Shown: in pieces, positions 63,166 to 64,000 of the stretch
How positions within the stretch are numbered: the stretch's first letter is position 1
Layout of the letters: every line of letters begins with the position of its first letter
DNA from: Chiloscyllium plagiosum
Taxonomy: Eukaryota
Reading direction: 5' to 3'
NCBI RefSeq assembly: GCF_004010195.1
Contig: NC_057718.1
Span: 90,873,353 to 90,937,352, forward strand
Length of the DNA stretch: 64,000 nt
The notes under the pieces: generated by a model
Databases searched by the model: none
What the model was told of the DNA's origin: nothing
The model's input: only the letters and a program-made list of their open reading frames with translations
Translations under genes and position numbers: made by a program

Positions 63166-63515
63166 CATAGAATCCCTACAGTGTGGAAACAGGTCCTCTG
63201 GCCCAACAAGTACACACCAACCCTCCGAAGAGTAACACACTCAGACCCGTTCCCTACCTTACTATCCTACATTTACCCTTGACTAATGCACCTAAACTAC
63301 ACATCCCTGAACACTATGTGCAATTTAGCATGGTCAATTCACCTAACCTGCACATCTTTAGATTGTGGAAGGAAACCAGAGCACTCGGGGGAAACCCACA
63401 CAGACACTGGAAGAATGTGCAAACTCCACACAGACAGTCGCCAGAAGCTGGAATCAAACCCGGGTCCCTGGCACTGTGAGGCAGCAGTGCTAACCACTGA
63501 GCCACTGTGCTGCCC
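63166..63515 (-). mobile_element. HE1-type SINE
   Basis: Full antisense copy. Confidence 0.88.
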
Positions 63516-63631
63516 CAAAACATAGTCAGGGAGGGATCCAAGCACTTTAGGCCAGTTAGTTAACTGCTCATGGTGGGAAAATTGTGTATAACCTAGGTCA
63601 AATTGAATTGCTCTTTTGGTTAATGAAAGAA

Positions 63632-63762
63632 ACATAGTCATAGAGTCATAGAGATGTATAGCATGGAAACAGACCCTTCGGTCTAACCGGTCCATGCCAA
63701 CCAGATATCCCAACCCGATCTAGTTCCATCTGCCAGCACCCGGCTCATATCCCTCCAAACCC
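63632..63762 (-). mobile_element. HER1/CR1 3' tail
   Basis: catagtcatagagtcatagagatgtatagcatggaaacagaccc. Confidence 0.8.
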
Positions 63763-64000
63763 GGATTTATCAAGCACAAATCATGTTTGACAATGTGGAT
63801 ACTGAAAGTATGTTTTCTGTTCAGGAAATCCAGACGTGGGGGTTACTTCCTCTAAGATGGAGGGGAGGAGAAATGTCTTCTCTTGGGAGGGTCATTAGTC
63901 TTTGAATTCTCTTCTACAGAGAGCAGTCAAAGTGGGCATTATTGAATCTAGTGAAGGCTGAGGTAGACAGAGTTTTGTTTGACAAAGGAGTCATGGGTTA

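Overview
Repeat-rich vertebrate genomic DNA, most likely from a cartilaginous fish. This rests on abundant HE1-type V-SINEs and HER1/CR1-type LINE tails; a bamboo-shark-like species is an inference. The only securely identified host coding sequence is the terminal exon of the K+-dependent Na+/Ca2+ exchanger SLC24A3/NCKX3 (2752-2901, +), followed by its 3' UTR. A weaker candidate for the first coding exon of its usual downstream neighbour RIN2 lies at about 52762-52844. Most of the rest is transposon debris: HE1 and other tRNA-derived SINEs, CR1, L2, Rex1/Babar and Tx1 LINE pieces, Penelope-like fragments and Gypsy LTR elements. Notable structures are (1) a 10.4-kb four-level nested insertion at 41469-51890 (CR1-group LINE > Rex1/Babar > two-LTR Gypsy with tRNA-Ser PBS > CR1 and Penelope inserts), (2) an inverted duplication at 5312-6528 that copies a solo-LTR/CR1 junction, (3) repeated minimal hammerhead-ribozyme motifs in Penelope hairpins, and (4) a distal 3'-UTR-like island near 16.4-16.9 kb. 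Most ORFs in the supplied track are spurious or repeat-derived. I do not see convincing evidence of a wholly new gene system. All family assignments come from recalled motifs rather than database searches, and repeat boundaries are approximate.
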